From contig JBDRBB010000018.1 in NCBI GenBank assembly GCA_043823065.1, positions 1 through 47,052 of the forward strand: a stretch of DNA of 47,052 bases, given 5' to 3'. The position numbers and the translations under genes are program-made. The stretch comes from Pseudomonadota bacterium (GTDB lineage Bacteria > UBA10199 > 2-02-FULL-44-16 > DYJF01). Each line of letters begins with the position of its first letter. Within the stretch, counting starts at the first letter, position 1. Below, piece after piece: positions 8,586 through 18,107 of this stretch. The notes below the pieces were generated by a model. That model made no database searches. It was not told the origin of the DNA and saw nothing but the letters and a program-made list of their open reading frames with translations.

Positions 8586-11255
8586 CTATTTTCCACAACA
8601 TTTCTTATATTTTTTACCAGACCCACACGGGCAAGAATCATTGCGCCCAACTTTTGGCCCAGTATGCACAGTTTGCACCTTAGCATCGCCATCTCCCCTG
8701 GATTCCAAAGGCGCTTGTTTGGCAAAAGCAGTTATTTCCTGATGGGAAACCTGCACCGGACTATGCTGCTTGGTTCTGGATTCTGCCTGACTAAGATCTT
8801 CTTCAGACGCAACTTCCACTCTAAAAACTTTTTTTACCACATCATCGGCAAATTGATTCATCATATTGCGAAACAGCATAAAGCCTTCTTTTTTATATTC
8901 CAAAAGCGGATCTTTTTGGCCATAACCTCTTAAACCAATACCCTCTTTTAAGTGATCCATTTGCAATAAATGATCTTTCCAAAGCGCATCTAAGGTTTGC
9001 AGCAAAATAATTTTTTCCACCTGGCGCATAATTTCCGAACTATTGGCTCGCTCCCTTTCATTATAATGCGCAATAACACTGTCATAAAGATGCTGGCCTA
9101 TTTCCTCACTGGTCTTAAATTGGCTGGCAACTTCTTGAAAAGCCAAAGGCAAATTAAAAAATTCTCTAAATCTTTCTTCTACAGATTTTGGGTCAAATTC
9201 CTGATCAAGCTTATCTGGTAAATCAGCTTCAGCAATGCCAGTTACTACTTGGTCAATCATGTCCATGACCATGTCTTTAGAGTCCTTGCCTGCTAAAATA
9301 TTACGGCGCCGACCGTAAACCGTGGCCCGCTGCTGGTTCATAACATCATCATATTCCAAAAGATTTTTACGAATTAAGAAATTGTGGCCTTCAACTTTCT
9401 TTTGGGCGTTCTCAATGCCCCGGGTTAACCAAGAATGGGTGATTTCTTCATCTTCTTCCAGCCCCAAGCGTTCCATCATTCCAGAAATGCGCTCTCCACC
9501 AAAAATGCGCAGCAAGTCATCTTCCAAAGCCAGATAAAATCTGGAAGAACCAGGGTCACCCTGTCTTCCAGATCGGCCGCGCAACTGATTATCAATACGC
9601 CTGGATTCATGTCTTTCAGTGCCTAAAACATGCAAACCACCTGCAGCTAAAACTTTTTCTTTTTCTAGAGTTTGAGATTTTTTAAATTCTATTAAAGCCT
9701 TTTGAAATTCTTCTTCTGAAGCATCTTTACCAACTTTATCTTTGGCTAAAAATTCTGGATTTCCACCTAAAACAATATCTGTGCCCCGACCAGCCATATT
9801 GGTGGAAATGGTAACTGCGCCTAAACGCCCGGCTTGAGCAATAATTTCCGCTTCTTTTTCATGTTGTTTGGCATTTAAAACATGGTGTTTAATGCCGTAA
9901 CGCTGCAGCATTTTGGACAATATTTCCGACTTCTCAATGGAAATAGTACCCATTAAAACAGGCTGGCCTCTTTCATGACAATCCCGAATTTCATCAACTG
10001 CAGCTTTGAATTTAGCTTCCACGGTTTTGTAAATCAAATCTGGATAATCAATGCGAACCATGGGCATATGCGTGGGAATGATCATAACTTCCAGGTTATA
10101 AATCTTGGCAAACTCTGCTGCTTCAGTGTCAGCAGTACCGGTCATGCCAGCAAGTTTGTTATACATGCGAAAATAATTCTGAAAAGTAATGGTGGCCAGG
10201 GTTTGATTTTCGTTTTCAATCTTTACCCCTTCTTTGGCTTCCACAGCTTGATGCAAACCATCGCTCCAGCGCCGGCCTGGCATTAAACGCCCGGTAAATT
10301 CATCTACAATCATTACTTGCCCGTCTTTGACCACATAATCTACATCCAGCTTAAACAACGTGTGAGCGCGCAAGGCCTGGTTTACATGATGCAAAAGATT
10401 AATATTTTGGGGTTCATAAAGATTTTTAATATTTAAGCGCTTTTCAACATGCGCCACCCCTGCTTCAGTTAAGGCCACAGACTTGGATTTTTCATCAATG
10501 GTAAAATCTTCTTCTTTCTTTAAATAAGGGATAATGCCGTTAATGATATAATAAAGCTCGGTAGATTGTTCAGCTTGACCGGAAATAATCAAAGGTGTTC
10601 TGGCTTCATCAATTAAAATTGAATCTACTTCATCTACAATGCAAAAATTAAGCTGACGCTGCACATATTGCTCTAAATCATACTTCATATTGTCGCGCAA
10701 ATAATCAAAGCCAAATTCATTGTTGGTGCCATAGGTGATGTCGCAATTATAAGCAGCTTTTCTTTGTTCATCGTTTAAACCGTGCACGATAACACCCACA
10801 CTCAAACCCAGAAAATTATATACTTTACCCATCCACCCGGAGTCGCGACGAGCCAGATAATCATTAACCGTTATAACATGAGTACCCTTACCTTCCAGGG
10901 CATTAAGATAAACAGCCAAGGTAGCTACCAAAGTCTTACCTTCACCGGTTTTCATTTCAGCAATTTTACCTTCATGCAAAACAATGCCGCCAATTAATTG
11001 CACGTCAAAGTGGCGCATACCCAAACTGCGCTTAGCAGCTTCACGCACCACGGCAAAAGTCTCTGGCAACAATTGATCCAGAGTTTCTCCCTTGTGCAGG
11101 CGATGTTTGAATTCATCGGTCTTGGCGCGCAGTTCTTCATCAGACAATTTTTGAATCTCTGGCTCTAAACTGTTTATTTGATCTACAATTGGCTGCATGC
11201 GCTTTAATTCGCGCTCATTTTTGGTGCCAAATAATTTCTTAAAAAGTAATTTCAC
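8586..11255 (-). CDS. secA: Preprotein translocase ATPase SecA
   Basis: [45 protein letters not shown] and C-terminal [17 protein letters not shown]; probable GTG start 11255 after AAGGAG. Confidence 0.98.
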   Translation of the reverse strand: MKLLFKKLFGTKNERELKRMQPIVDQINSLEPEIQKLSDEELRAKTDEFKHRLHKGETLDQLLPETFAVVREAAKRSLGMRHFDVQLIGGIVLHEGKIAEMKTGEGKTLVATLAVYLNALEGKGTHVITVNDYLARRDSGWMGKVYNFLGLSVGVIVHGLNDEQRKAAYNCDITYGTNNEFGFDYLRDNMKYDLEQYVQRQLNFCIVDEVDSILIDEARTPLIISGQAEQSTELYYIINGIIPYLKKEEDFTIDEKSKSVALTEAGVAHVEKRLNIKNLYEPQNINLLHHVNQALRAHTLFKLDVDYVVKDGQVMIVDEFTGRLMPGRRWSDGLHQAVEAKEGVKIENENQTLATITFQNYFRMYNKLAGMTGTADTEAAEFAKIYNLEVMIIPTHMPMVRIDYPDLIYKTVEAKFKAAVDEIRDCHERGQPVLMGTISIEKSEILSKMLQRYGIKHHVLNAKQHEKEAEIIAQAGRLGAVTISTNMAGRGTDIVLGGNPEFLAKDKVGKDASEEEFQKALIEFKKSQTLEKEKVLAAGGLHVLGTERHESRRIDNQLRGRSGRQGDPGSSRFYLALEDDLLRIFGGERISGMMERLGLEEDEEITHSWLTRGIENAQKKVEGHNFLIRKNLLEYDDVMNQQRATVYGRRRNILAGKDSKDMVMDMIDQVVTGIAEADLPDKLDQEFDPKSVEERFREFFNLPLAFQEVASQFKTSEEIGQHLYDSVIAHYNERERANSSEIMRQVEKIILLQTLDALWKDHLLQMDHLKEGIGLRGYGQKDPLLEYKKEGFMLFRNMMNQFADDVVKKVFRVEVASEEDLSQAESRTKQHSPVQVSHQEITAFAKQAPLESRGDGDAKVQTVHTGPKVGRNDSCPCGSGKKYKKCCGK

Positions 11256-11335
11256 AAAAAATCTCCTTATCAACCTTCATCTAAGTTGACCTTGTTTAAT
11301 AGGGCAGAATTCAAATAAAAGCAAGGGTTCCTGCG

Positions 11336-11572
11336 GGTAATACTGTTAAAATTTTCCTTCGGGAACATGGTTTTTGAAGCAGGCGCACTCAACCGGGCTA
11401 TTCATCGTTAAAATAGCGCTGTTTTTAAAAAAGCGAGTTAAATGTCTTGCCGCTGTCAGACTTTAACTCGCAAAAACAGTCGCTATTTTAACTCTTCATA
11501 CGCCCTTATTTCGTAAGCTCGCGCCTAAAAAGCTTCAAAAACCATGTTCCCCACGAAAATTTTAACATTACC
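11336..11572. repeat. Long rod-shaped hairpin element, copy 1 (MITE-like or structured RNA)
   Basis: Nested inverted repeats, including a perfect 20-bp GGGAACATGGTTTTTGAAGC/GCTTCAAAAACCATGTTCCC; core 11433-11489 matches 17626-17682 at 56/57 nt. Confidence 0.85.
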
Positions 11573-11620
11573 ACTTCGGTTATATTTTTTAGGGTTGCAC
11601 GTTGTATAATCAGATGCTAC

Positions 11621-11736
11621 TTGCTCTGGTGACGTAGGGCGGCTTTTTGAACCGGACCGACATCACTTGAAGCAACTAATAGTTTCGTAAAAGTCTGAGG
11701 GAGGTGAGAAAAGTCGGCCGAGAGTCACCAGAGCAA
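11621..11736 (+). other. Candidate structured leader or small RNA upstream of the Nfu-type gene
   Basis: Perfect 13-bp closing stem TTGCTCTGGTGAC/GTCACCAGAGCAA, inner stem GGCTTTT/AAAAGTC; TATAAT at 11605-11610. Confidence 0.45.
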
Positions 11737-11767
11737 AAGTATTATTTGGATTAGAAAAGGAGAAATC

Positions 11768-11998
11768 ATGTTAAAAAGAGAAGAAGTGGAAAAAGTATTG
11801 AATGAGCGGATTAAACCTATGCTAGCTGCTGATGGCGGCGGCATTGAGTTAGTGGATGTAAAAGAAGATAACACAGTTGTGGTTAAACTTACTGGCGCCT
11901 GCGGCTGTTGCCCATTTTCTTTAATGACCCTGAAAAACGGCGTAGAAAGAGCTCTGAAACAAGCTTTTCCAGAACTTAAAGAAGTGATTGCTGCTTAA
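11768..11998 (+). CDS. NifU C-terminal (Nfu-type) Fe-S cluster carrier
   Basis: IKPMLAADGGGIELV...LTGACGCCPFSLMTLKNGVE; strong AAGGAG RBS. Confidence 0.93.
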   Translation: MLKREEVEKVLNERIKPMLAADGGGIELVDVKEDNTVVVKLTGACGCCPFSLMTLKNGVERALKQAFPELKEVIAA

Positions 11999-12396
11999 GG
12001 TTGATAAACTGCCCTAGAAGTTTCTGATTCCCAGACCTCAACCTTAGATAAGGTATGTCCCATATCCTGGGCTTGGTCATGGATAAGCTTGGCGATGTTT
12101 TCTGCAGTAGGCCGGCCCTCTAAAAGATAGATTTTTTCATTATGGGGTTTTAGGATTGGTACCAAAGGATCATCTTGGGCTAACAATAAAGCGTGATCTA
12201 AATTATCGTTAATCCACTTACCTAAACTATTTTTCAAATCATCAAAATGGCAAACCATGCCATTTTCATCAAGCGCAGCAGCTTCCAAATACAATACTAC
12301 CTTGGCAGTGTGGCCATGCAGATTCTTACATTTGCCCTTATCACCTTTTAAGCGGTGACCATAACAAAATGAAAAAGCCTTGCTGATAGTAAACAT
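11995..12396 (-). CDS. queD: 6-carboxytetrahydropterin synthase / PTPS family
   Basis: GHRL, CKNLHGH, PTAENIA and VWES motifs; ATG 12396 preferred as start. Confidence 0.85.
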   Translation of the reverse strand: MFTISKAFSFCYGHRLKGDKGKCKNLHGHTAKVVLYLEAAALDENGMVCHFDDLKNSLGKWINDNLDHALLLAQDDPLVPILKPHNEKIYLLEGRPTAENIAKLIHDQAQDMGHTLSKVEVWESETSRAVYQP

Positions 12397-12443
12397 GCTA
12401 AGCCGGCTATCAAAATGGGATGAAGAGGTCAATTGCTAAGATA

Positions 12444-13637
12444 TTAGCTAATGGCCTTTTTTATTGCCTCACAGATGAACTTTACATCTGTTTTTTCCAG
12501 CTTGGTGTGAAAAGGCAGAAAACTAATTTGCTCAACTAGTTTTTCTGTAATAGGCAAAGATCCTTTTTTGTATTTAAAGCGTTTTTGATAAATTGGCTGG
12601 GTATGTAGACTATGCCACATGCCAAGCTGAATTCTTTTCTGAATCAATTCCTGCGCTATTTGCTGGCGCTTGGGCATTAAAATCATGTAATGAGTAACAA
12701 TGCCCTGCCCTTTTATTTCTTGAATAGAAATTTTTTTGGCTTTTACCAGATCAGCTAAATTTTCATCATACCATGTTTTGATTTGTCTGCGTTTGCTAAA
12801 AATTTGCTCGCGCTTTTTTAACTGTTCTAAAATTAAGCTGGCATTTAAATCACACATTTTAAAATTAGCGCCAAAACAAACCAATTCGCTCATATCCTGA
12901 AAATCAAAACCCTGATAAGCAATGCTTTGAATCTTGGTAATTAATTCCAAATCATGGCCAACCACTACTGCCCCGCCTAAACCAGATAAAATCTTGGAAG
13001 TGGCAAAACTAAAAACAGTTGTACCGCCTTTACCTAAATTTATTAGCCCAGCTGGCAAACCATCCAGATTTGAACCAATTGCCAAAGATGCGTCAGAAAT
13101 AACTGGAATGTTCACACCTTTCTTTGACAACACCTCAGCAATTGGTTCAAGATCGATCATTTGATTAACATGCACCAAAATAATGGCCTTGGTATTTTTG
13201 GTAATTGCTGCTGCAAGTTTTTTTGGATCTAAACAAAAAGTCTTTGGATCAATATCTACAAATTGTGGTTTGGCTCCAGCCATAACAATAGCATTGCCCA
13301 CTCCAACATAATTAAAAGAAGTGGTAATCACTTCTCCGGAAGTTATACCATTGGCCCATAAACTTGCAGTCAAACCTGAAGTAGCGCTATTTAAGCAACA
13401 TGCATATAAAGGAATCTGCTGCCATTTATTTTTTTTAATAAATTTATGAAAAAATAAATTTTTAATCGAGCGATAAGAACATAAGAATTTCAAAAACTCC
13501 TGGCTCAATTTATGGGGCGCACTGTTTTGGGCAACCACATAATTGGCGTATGGCAAAAGATCTTCTTGTTCCAAAACATTGGTCAGAGCATTTTTTTCCA
13601 AATCAAAATCAGGATGGAATAAGGTGTAATGTTTCAT
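12444..13637 (-). CDS. DegT/DnrJ/EryC1/StrS-family PLP aminotransferase with atypical N-terminus
   Basis: NSATSGL, GAKPQFVDID, ITKNTKAIILVH, FSFATSK (PLP lysine), LPFH. Confidence 0.85.
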   Translation of the reverse strand: MKHYTLFHPDFDLEKNALTNVLEQEDLLPYANYVVAQNSAPHKLSQEFLKFLCSYRSIKNLFFHKFIKKNKWQQIPLYACCLNSATSGLTASLWANGITSGEVITTSFNYVGVGNAIVMAGAKPQFVDIDPKTFCLDPKKLAAAITKNTKAIILVHVNQMIDLEPIAEVLSKKGVNIPVISDASLAIGSNLDGLPAGLINLGKGGTTVFSFATSKILSGLGGAVVVGHDLELITKIQSIAYQGFDFQDMSELVCFGANFKMCDLNASLILEQLKKREQIFSKRRQIKTWYDENLADLVKAKKISIQEIKGQGIVTHYMILMPKRQQIAQELIQKRIQLGMWHSLHTQPIYQKRFKYKKGSLPITEKLVEQISFLPFHTKLEKTDVKFICEAIKKAIS

Positions 13638-13818
13638 GGTTTTTGAAAAATAACACATCTTCAATTAATTCAAAAGAGTTGTTTGATATGGGGAGTTTAG
13701 ACTCCAAAAAATCTATAAAAACCTCAGTTTTTACTGGCCCCATCTTTTTAACCCTATGTTTTTATTACATTTATTTTTGCCAAAACTGGTACATAAATTG
13801 CACAAACATGTATCGATT

Positions 13819-16041
13819 ATGCATAATAAATCACTATTTAAAATCATTATAATACTAATATCAGTTTCAATCTTCTTAGTTCCTGCATCTGCTGTCTATG
13901 CTGCAATAAACGACATTGATTTAGATGGCTATTCAGATACAGGCCCCTGGGATTGCACACGAGATAATTCCTGCCCTGATTCTGACCATGATGGCGTAAT
14001 AGATCCCCTAGATTTTTGTGATGATATTGCAGCTCCGCATGGAATTTTTGGCTGCCCAGATAATGATCGTGACGGTGTTTACGATTATTATACAGTTTTT
14101 CATGTAGGTGGCTTTAATGGTTCAAATAGAACTGAAACAATTTATGTTGATCAATGCCCTGATGAACCTGGTTCAGGCTTAAGCGTTCTTCCCTATTTGT
14201 TAGATCAAATCCCGGAAGTTGCTCGCGGCACAAATGGCTGTCCTGGTAAATGCAACAGCGTTCATTATTACGATCTTAACCCTGAATCACATCCTTTTTT
14301 CGAATGCCCCCAAAATGAAGAAGGTCAATTTGTGTGCTGGCAGCGCTGGCCAGAATTAGGTTGGGCCAATAATTATCATGGCATTCCTTCAGATTGGGAT
14401 TGCGATGGCGTACCTGACAATGATGATGAATGCAGACAACTACCTGGCCCCTATTATAATCAAGGTTGTCCAAGAAGACTTCTTGATGCTGTACACACAG
14501 CAGATAATCCCCGCATAGAATCTGGCGATTTTCGTAACCATAGAGAAGGAAGACGGGCTTATATGGAATCACGAACTCAGGATGAAGATAATTACATTGG
14601 TGAAGGTGGTGACTGGGAATGTGTCGGCGAAGAATGCCGAGGTTACGAAGAAGAAGCTTCTCCACCCAGAACACCAATACCTACTGAACCTGAAATTAGT
14701 TCTGAAATTGAAGATGAAATTGTCGTTGAAGAACCTCAAGAAATTGAAGCAAGGATAGATGTGCCTTTCTATTCTAATGAAGAAGCAACTGAAAATGGCG
14801 CTGAAAATGAAATTGAAATAGATACAAAGCAAAATTTAGCTGCCCAGTCTTATGCTGGTTGTTCATTAATTTCAAAAAACACTTGCAACCGCTCTGCAGT
14901 AATTTTTATTCTAACTATTTTGCTAGCTCTACTGCCAATCACAGTTTCTAGATTTAGCCGAATCCTAAAAACAAAAACCATTATTTATTTGGCTATTGCT
15001 TTTTTAATCTCAGCTTCATTAACTTTTAATATTTCAAATGCCAATGCTGACTATGACTGTAACAGGCTACCACCTGATGGCATTGATGTTGATCACGATG
15101 GATATGCAGAAACTGGTTATGCAGAATGGTGCGCCCAGTGCTATTGTAATGATCATGACGAAGATGGCGTAAGTGAGCCTGAAGACTATTGTGACTATGA
15201 ACCAGTTCCAGATGGGGAAGGTGTACATGGTTGCCCAGATACAGATCGCGACGGGGTTATTGATTATTATACAATTATGCCCTGGGTTGGCTTGGGACAA
15301 GAGGAACCAGATCATCCAAACAAAATAATTGTCGATAAATGCCCTAATGAGCCTGGTGTTGGTATAACTCCACGCCTGGATATATTACAAGATCTTGATC
15401 CGGAATTAGCTGCAATCAATGGTTGTCCGAGCGAGGAAGGTGCATCTAACCAATGGGTTAATGAAGTCGCCAGGGAAATGGGGCAAAGCGACACTGATTT
15501 TGACGGTGTCTTGGACAATGATGATAACTGCAGAAGAGAACCTGGCTCATATTATAATAATGGCTGCCCGGAACGTAATACCTCTAGAAGACCTGCTATT
15601 AGTAACCTACGTTTAGTTTCAATTGTACACAGGCAGCCTCCTGAAGTTTACATAGTCAGACAAATACCAGACTTTAGTGATATCAATCTAGATAATAATG
15701 ATGATAGTGATGATGAAACAGGATCTAGAACACCAATACCAACCCATCCTGATGATGAGGATATGGATAACGAAGATGTGGATGATGAAGAAGTGGAACC
15801 AGAGCAAACTTTGCCGCAGGTAGATTATTATAGATTTAATGACGCGCAAGCAGATGAAACAGATCAAAATACTACCAGTTTAATTCCTGAAACAGGAAAT
15901 CAAGGTCTGCAAACTTATGCTGGTTGTTCGCTGATTTCTAAAGGTAATGAAGCTCGTTCATTTACGGTTATATTGCTGCCCATTATTTTATCAGCGTTGC
16001 CGGTTATCAGAGCCAGAAAATTAAATAAGCGCCTTAACTAA
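13819..16041 (+). CDS. Surface protein of two tandem modules, each with thrombospondin type 3-like repeats and a GC-CTERM-like tail
   Basis: Signal peptide from ATG 13819 (MHNKSLFKIIIILISVSIFLVPASAVYA); DxDxDGVxD...C repeats; acidic linkers; YAGCSLI + TM + basic residues at 14851 and 15916. Confidence 0.8.
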   Translation: MHNKSLFKIIIILISVSIFLVPASAVYAAINDIDLDGYSDTGPWDCTRDNSCPDSDHDGVIDPLDFCDDIAAPHGIFGCPDNDRDGVYDYYTVFHVGGFNGSNRTETIYVDQCPDEPGSGLSVLPYLLDQIPEVARGTNGCPGKCNSVHYYDLNPESHPFFECPQNEEGQFVCWQRWPELGWANNYHGIPSDWDCDGVPDNDDECRQLPGPYYNQGCPRRLLDAVHTADNPRIESGDFRNHREGRRAYMESRTQDEDNYIGEGGDWECVGEECRGYEEEASPPRTPIPTEPEISSEIEDEIVVEEPQEIEARIDVPFYSNEEATENGAENEIEIDTKQNLAAQSYAGCSLISKNTCNRSAVIFILTILLALLPITVSRFSRILKTKTIIYLAIAFLISASLTFNISNANADYDCNRLPPDGIDVDHDGYAETGYAEWCAQCYCNDHDEDGVSEPEDYCDYEPVPDGEGVHGCPDTDRDGVIDYYTIMPWVGLGQEEPDHPNKIIVDKCPNEPGVGITPRLDILQDLDPELAAINGCPSEEGASNQWVNEVAREMGQSDTDFDGVLDNDDNCRREPGSYYNNGCPERNTSRRPAISNLRLVSIVHRQPPEVYIVRQIPDFSDINLDNNDDSDDETGSRTPIPTHPDDEDMDNEDVDDEEVEPEQTLPQVDYYRFNDAQADETDQNTTSLIPETGNQGLQTYAGCSLISKGNEARSFTVILLPIILSALPVIRARKLNKRLN

Positions 16042-17308
16042 ACACATCTACATTTAATTTCCTGCCTTGCACAAAAGTTGATTTTACCACATTGCCGTGA
16101 CCACGATACATCAATAAAGACAAAACTTCCTCAGTATTTAATTCTTTTATTTTATAATGATAATCAATCTCATTAATATCTAAAACCAAGAAATCTCCCT
16201 TTTTGCCTTTCTCGAAATTACCAATTTCATGCTGCATAGATAAAGCATGAGCACCGCCCAAGGTAGCTAAATAAAAGGCTTTCGTGGGAGTAACGGTAAG
16301 CTCAGTCTGAGTATAATCTGCATGGCGCATCTCAGTTAGCATGCACATGGAAGTTCCAGCACCCACATCTGTGCCAAAACCAATGGTAATACCTGCTGTT
16401 TCTGCTCTAGTTAAAGGAAAGCGCCCGCTTTTGAGAAATAAATTAGAAGTTGGACAATGGGCAATCTTGGTTTGGGTCTGAGCCATTCGTTTATATTCCT
16501 GATCACTCAAATAAATAGCATGGCCCAAAATTGTTCTGGGACCTGCACAACCAGTTTTTTCAAAAACTGCAAAGGGATCTTTAAATTCCGGAAAGAGCTC
16601 AAGAACTTTTTTATTTTCTCTTTGGGTCTCGGCAATATGACTTTGTAAATATGTATCAGTTTTAGAGACAAGCTTACCCACTTCCTGCAAAAGTTTTTTA
16701 CTGCAAGTTGGTGCAAAACGCGGGGTAAAAGCAAACCTTAGCCTTCCTTGCGCGCTATTATGCCATTTGCCAGCCAATTTTTCGCTTTCAGCCAAAGACT
16801 GATTAGTTTTTTCCAGCAAAGCTGGCGGCACTTGGCGGTCCATCATAACCTTGCCGATAATTGCCCGCACCCCAGCTTTTTGAGCTAACTTAAAAGCATG
16901 ATCAGTTGCTGCAGCATGAATGGTTGTATAAATGGAAGAAGTTGTAGTGCCATTTAAGATAAGTTTTTTAAAAAATCTCTTACCCACATCATCTGCTACT
17001 TTTAAATCTTTAAAAGCTTTTTCTGCAGGAAAGATATAACGGGTTAACCACTCTAGAAGCGTGGAGCCATGTTTGCCTCGGCAATCCAGCTGGGGCAAAT
17101 GCAAATGACAGTCCACAAAGCCAGGAATAATCAGGCGTGGACCAAGATCAATTAGCTTAGCTTTTCTCTGATATTTAGTTTTAAGTTTGGAATATTCGCC
17201 AACCTGAACAATATGGCCTGTTTTATCAATTACTAACAAACCGTCTTTAAAATCAGCAACCTTAGTGGGCAAAACCGGATTGATGACGCGAGCCCGATAA
17301 GCCTTCAA
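16034..17308 (-). CDS. guaD: Guanine deaminase
   Basis: [61 protein letters not shown] start overlapping the yacG stop (TTGA). Confidence 0.93.
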   Translation of the reverse strand: MKAYRARVINPVLPTKVADFKDGLLVIDKTGHIVQVGEYSKLKTKYQRKAKLIDLGPRLIIPGFVDCHLHLPQLDCRGKHGSTLLEWLTRYIFPAEKAFKDLKVADDVGKRFFKKLILNGTTTSSIYTTIHAAATDHAFKLAQKAGVRAIIGKVMMDRQVPPALLEKTNQSLAESEKLAGKWHNSAQGRLRFAFTPRFAPTCSKKLLQEVGKLVSKTDTYLQSHIAETQRENKKVLELFPEFKDPFAVFEKTGCAGPRTILGHAIYLSDQEYKRMAQTQTKIAHCPTSNLFLKSGRFPLTRAETAGITIGFGTDVGAGTSMCMLTEMRHADYTQTELTVTPTKAFYLATLGGAHALSMQHEIGNFEKGKKGDFLVLDINEIDYHYKIKELNTEEVLSLLMYRGHGNVVKSTFVQGRKLNVDVFS

Positions 17309-17490
17309 TCTTCCTCCTGCTCATCTTCATCATGCTGAGTAGCTTTTTCACCAGGAACGCGATATTTTTCTGCAGCCCAATTACCCAGGTCAATTAGTTT
17401 ACAACGTTCGCAGCAAAAGGGTTTATAAGGATTATTTTCCCACGTTACCGGCTTGCCACATTGCGGACATTTTTTTGTTTCTGTAGTCAT
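17305..17490 (-). CDS. yacG: DNA gyrase inhibitor YacG
   Basis: CPQCGK...[23 protein letters not shown] with acidic tail. Confidence 0.92.
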   Translation of the reverse strand: MTTETKKCPQCGKPVTWENNPYKPFCCERCKLIDLGNWAAEKYRVPGEKATQHDEDEQEED

Positions 17491-17538
17491 ACCCTGGTTT
17501 TACCTGGTTCAATGCTAAAAAACAAGTACTCAGTAGAT

Positions 17539-17757
17539 TATGAAATTTTCTTTCGGCAAGCATAGCTTTGGAGCTGCGCACTCCCTCAGGCTACTCGTCG
17601 CGAAAATACCGCTGTTTTTAAATGCGCGAGTTAAATGTCTTGCCGCTGTCAGCCTTTAACTCGCAAAAACAGTCGCTATTTTCACTCCTCATACACCTTC
17701 GGTCGTAATCTCGCGCTTTTACGCTCCCAAGCCATGCTTGCCTCCAAAAATTTCATA
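17539..17757. repeat. Long rod-shaped hairpin element, copy 2
   Basis: Same architecture as 11336-11572; outer stems TATGAAATTTT/AAAATTTCATA and GGCAAGCATAGCTTTGGAGC/GCTCCCAAGCCATGCTTGCC. Confidence 0.85.
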
Positions 17758-17820
17758 GCCTAGACATTCGCATAAATTGAATTGAAATCCATGTGACAAT
17801 TGGCGCAGGAGATGCGAAAA

Positions 17821-17984
17821 GTGGGGGACAACTTCGCTTTGGGTATGTTGCTGAGCGGCGTACGAGTGAGCCATCACAGCAGCCTATATAACATGGCGAG
17901 CGAAGAACGCTTCCAAAATTTCTGGTGCGTGAAGAAATTTTGGATTTAGCGAAGTAACATACCCAAAAAGAAGTTGTCCTCTAC
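17821..17984 (+). other. Branched structured element (candidate ncRNA or MITE)
   Basis: GTGGGGGACAACTTC/GAAGTTGTCCTCTAC and TTTGGGTATGTTGCT/AGTAACATACCCAAA stems enclosing GCCAT/ATGGC and TCCAAAATTTCT/AGAAATTTTGGA hairpins. Confidence 0.6.
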
Positions 17985-18031
17985 ATCCTATATTGCCGAG
18001 AGTCAATTGATAGATGGTGAAAAGAAAACTG

Positions 18032-18102
18032 AGCGGGCGATGGGAATCGGACCCACGTATGAAGCTTGGGAAGCTTCCATTCTACCATTGAATTACGCCC
18101 GC
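18032..18102 (-). tRNA. tRNA-Gly(CCC) with non-canonical T-loop
   Basis: GCGGGCG/CGCCCGC-T acceptor stem (U73); GAAGC-TTCCCAA-GCTTC anticodon arm; T-loop TCCGATT instead of TTCGATT. Confidence 0.88.
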
Positions 18103-18107
18103 AAAAC

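Noticed and set aside
11336..11572. 6S RNA as the identity of the rod hairpin
   Set aside because: Size and shape are similar, but there are two dispersed copies with conservation at the apical loop rather than around a central bubble, and no zapA/ygfA context. Not fully excluded without cmscan.
11636..11706. FMN or guanidine (ykkC) riboswitch
   Set aside because: Only short fragments resemble them (CCGAC, AAAGTCTG..GGGAG); the conserved cores and spacing are missing and the downstream gene does not fit.
12397..12443. preQ1 riboswitch ahead of queD
   Set aside because: No recognisable preQ1 hairpin plus A-rich tail in the short spacer.
13756..13818. Longer N-termini given by the ORF track (also for secA, queD, DegT, ndk, hutI, hutU, rpsM)
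   Set aside because: Downstream starts match family N-termini, signal peptides or RBS positions better; several extensions run through repeats or terminators.
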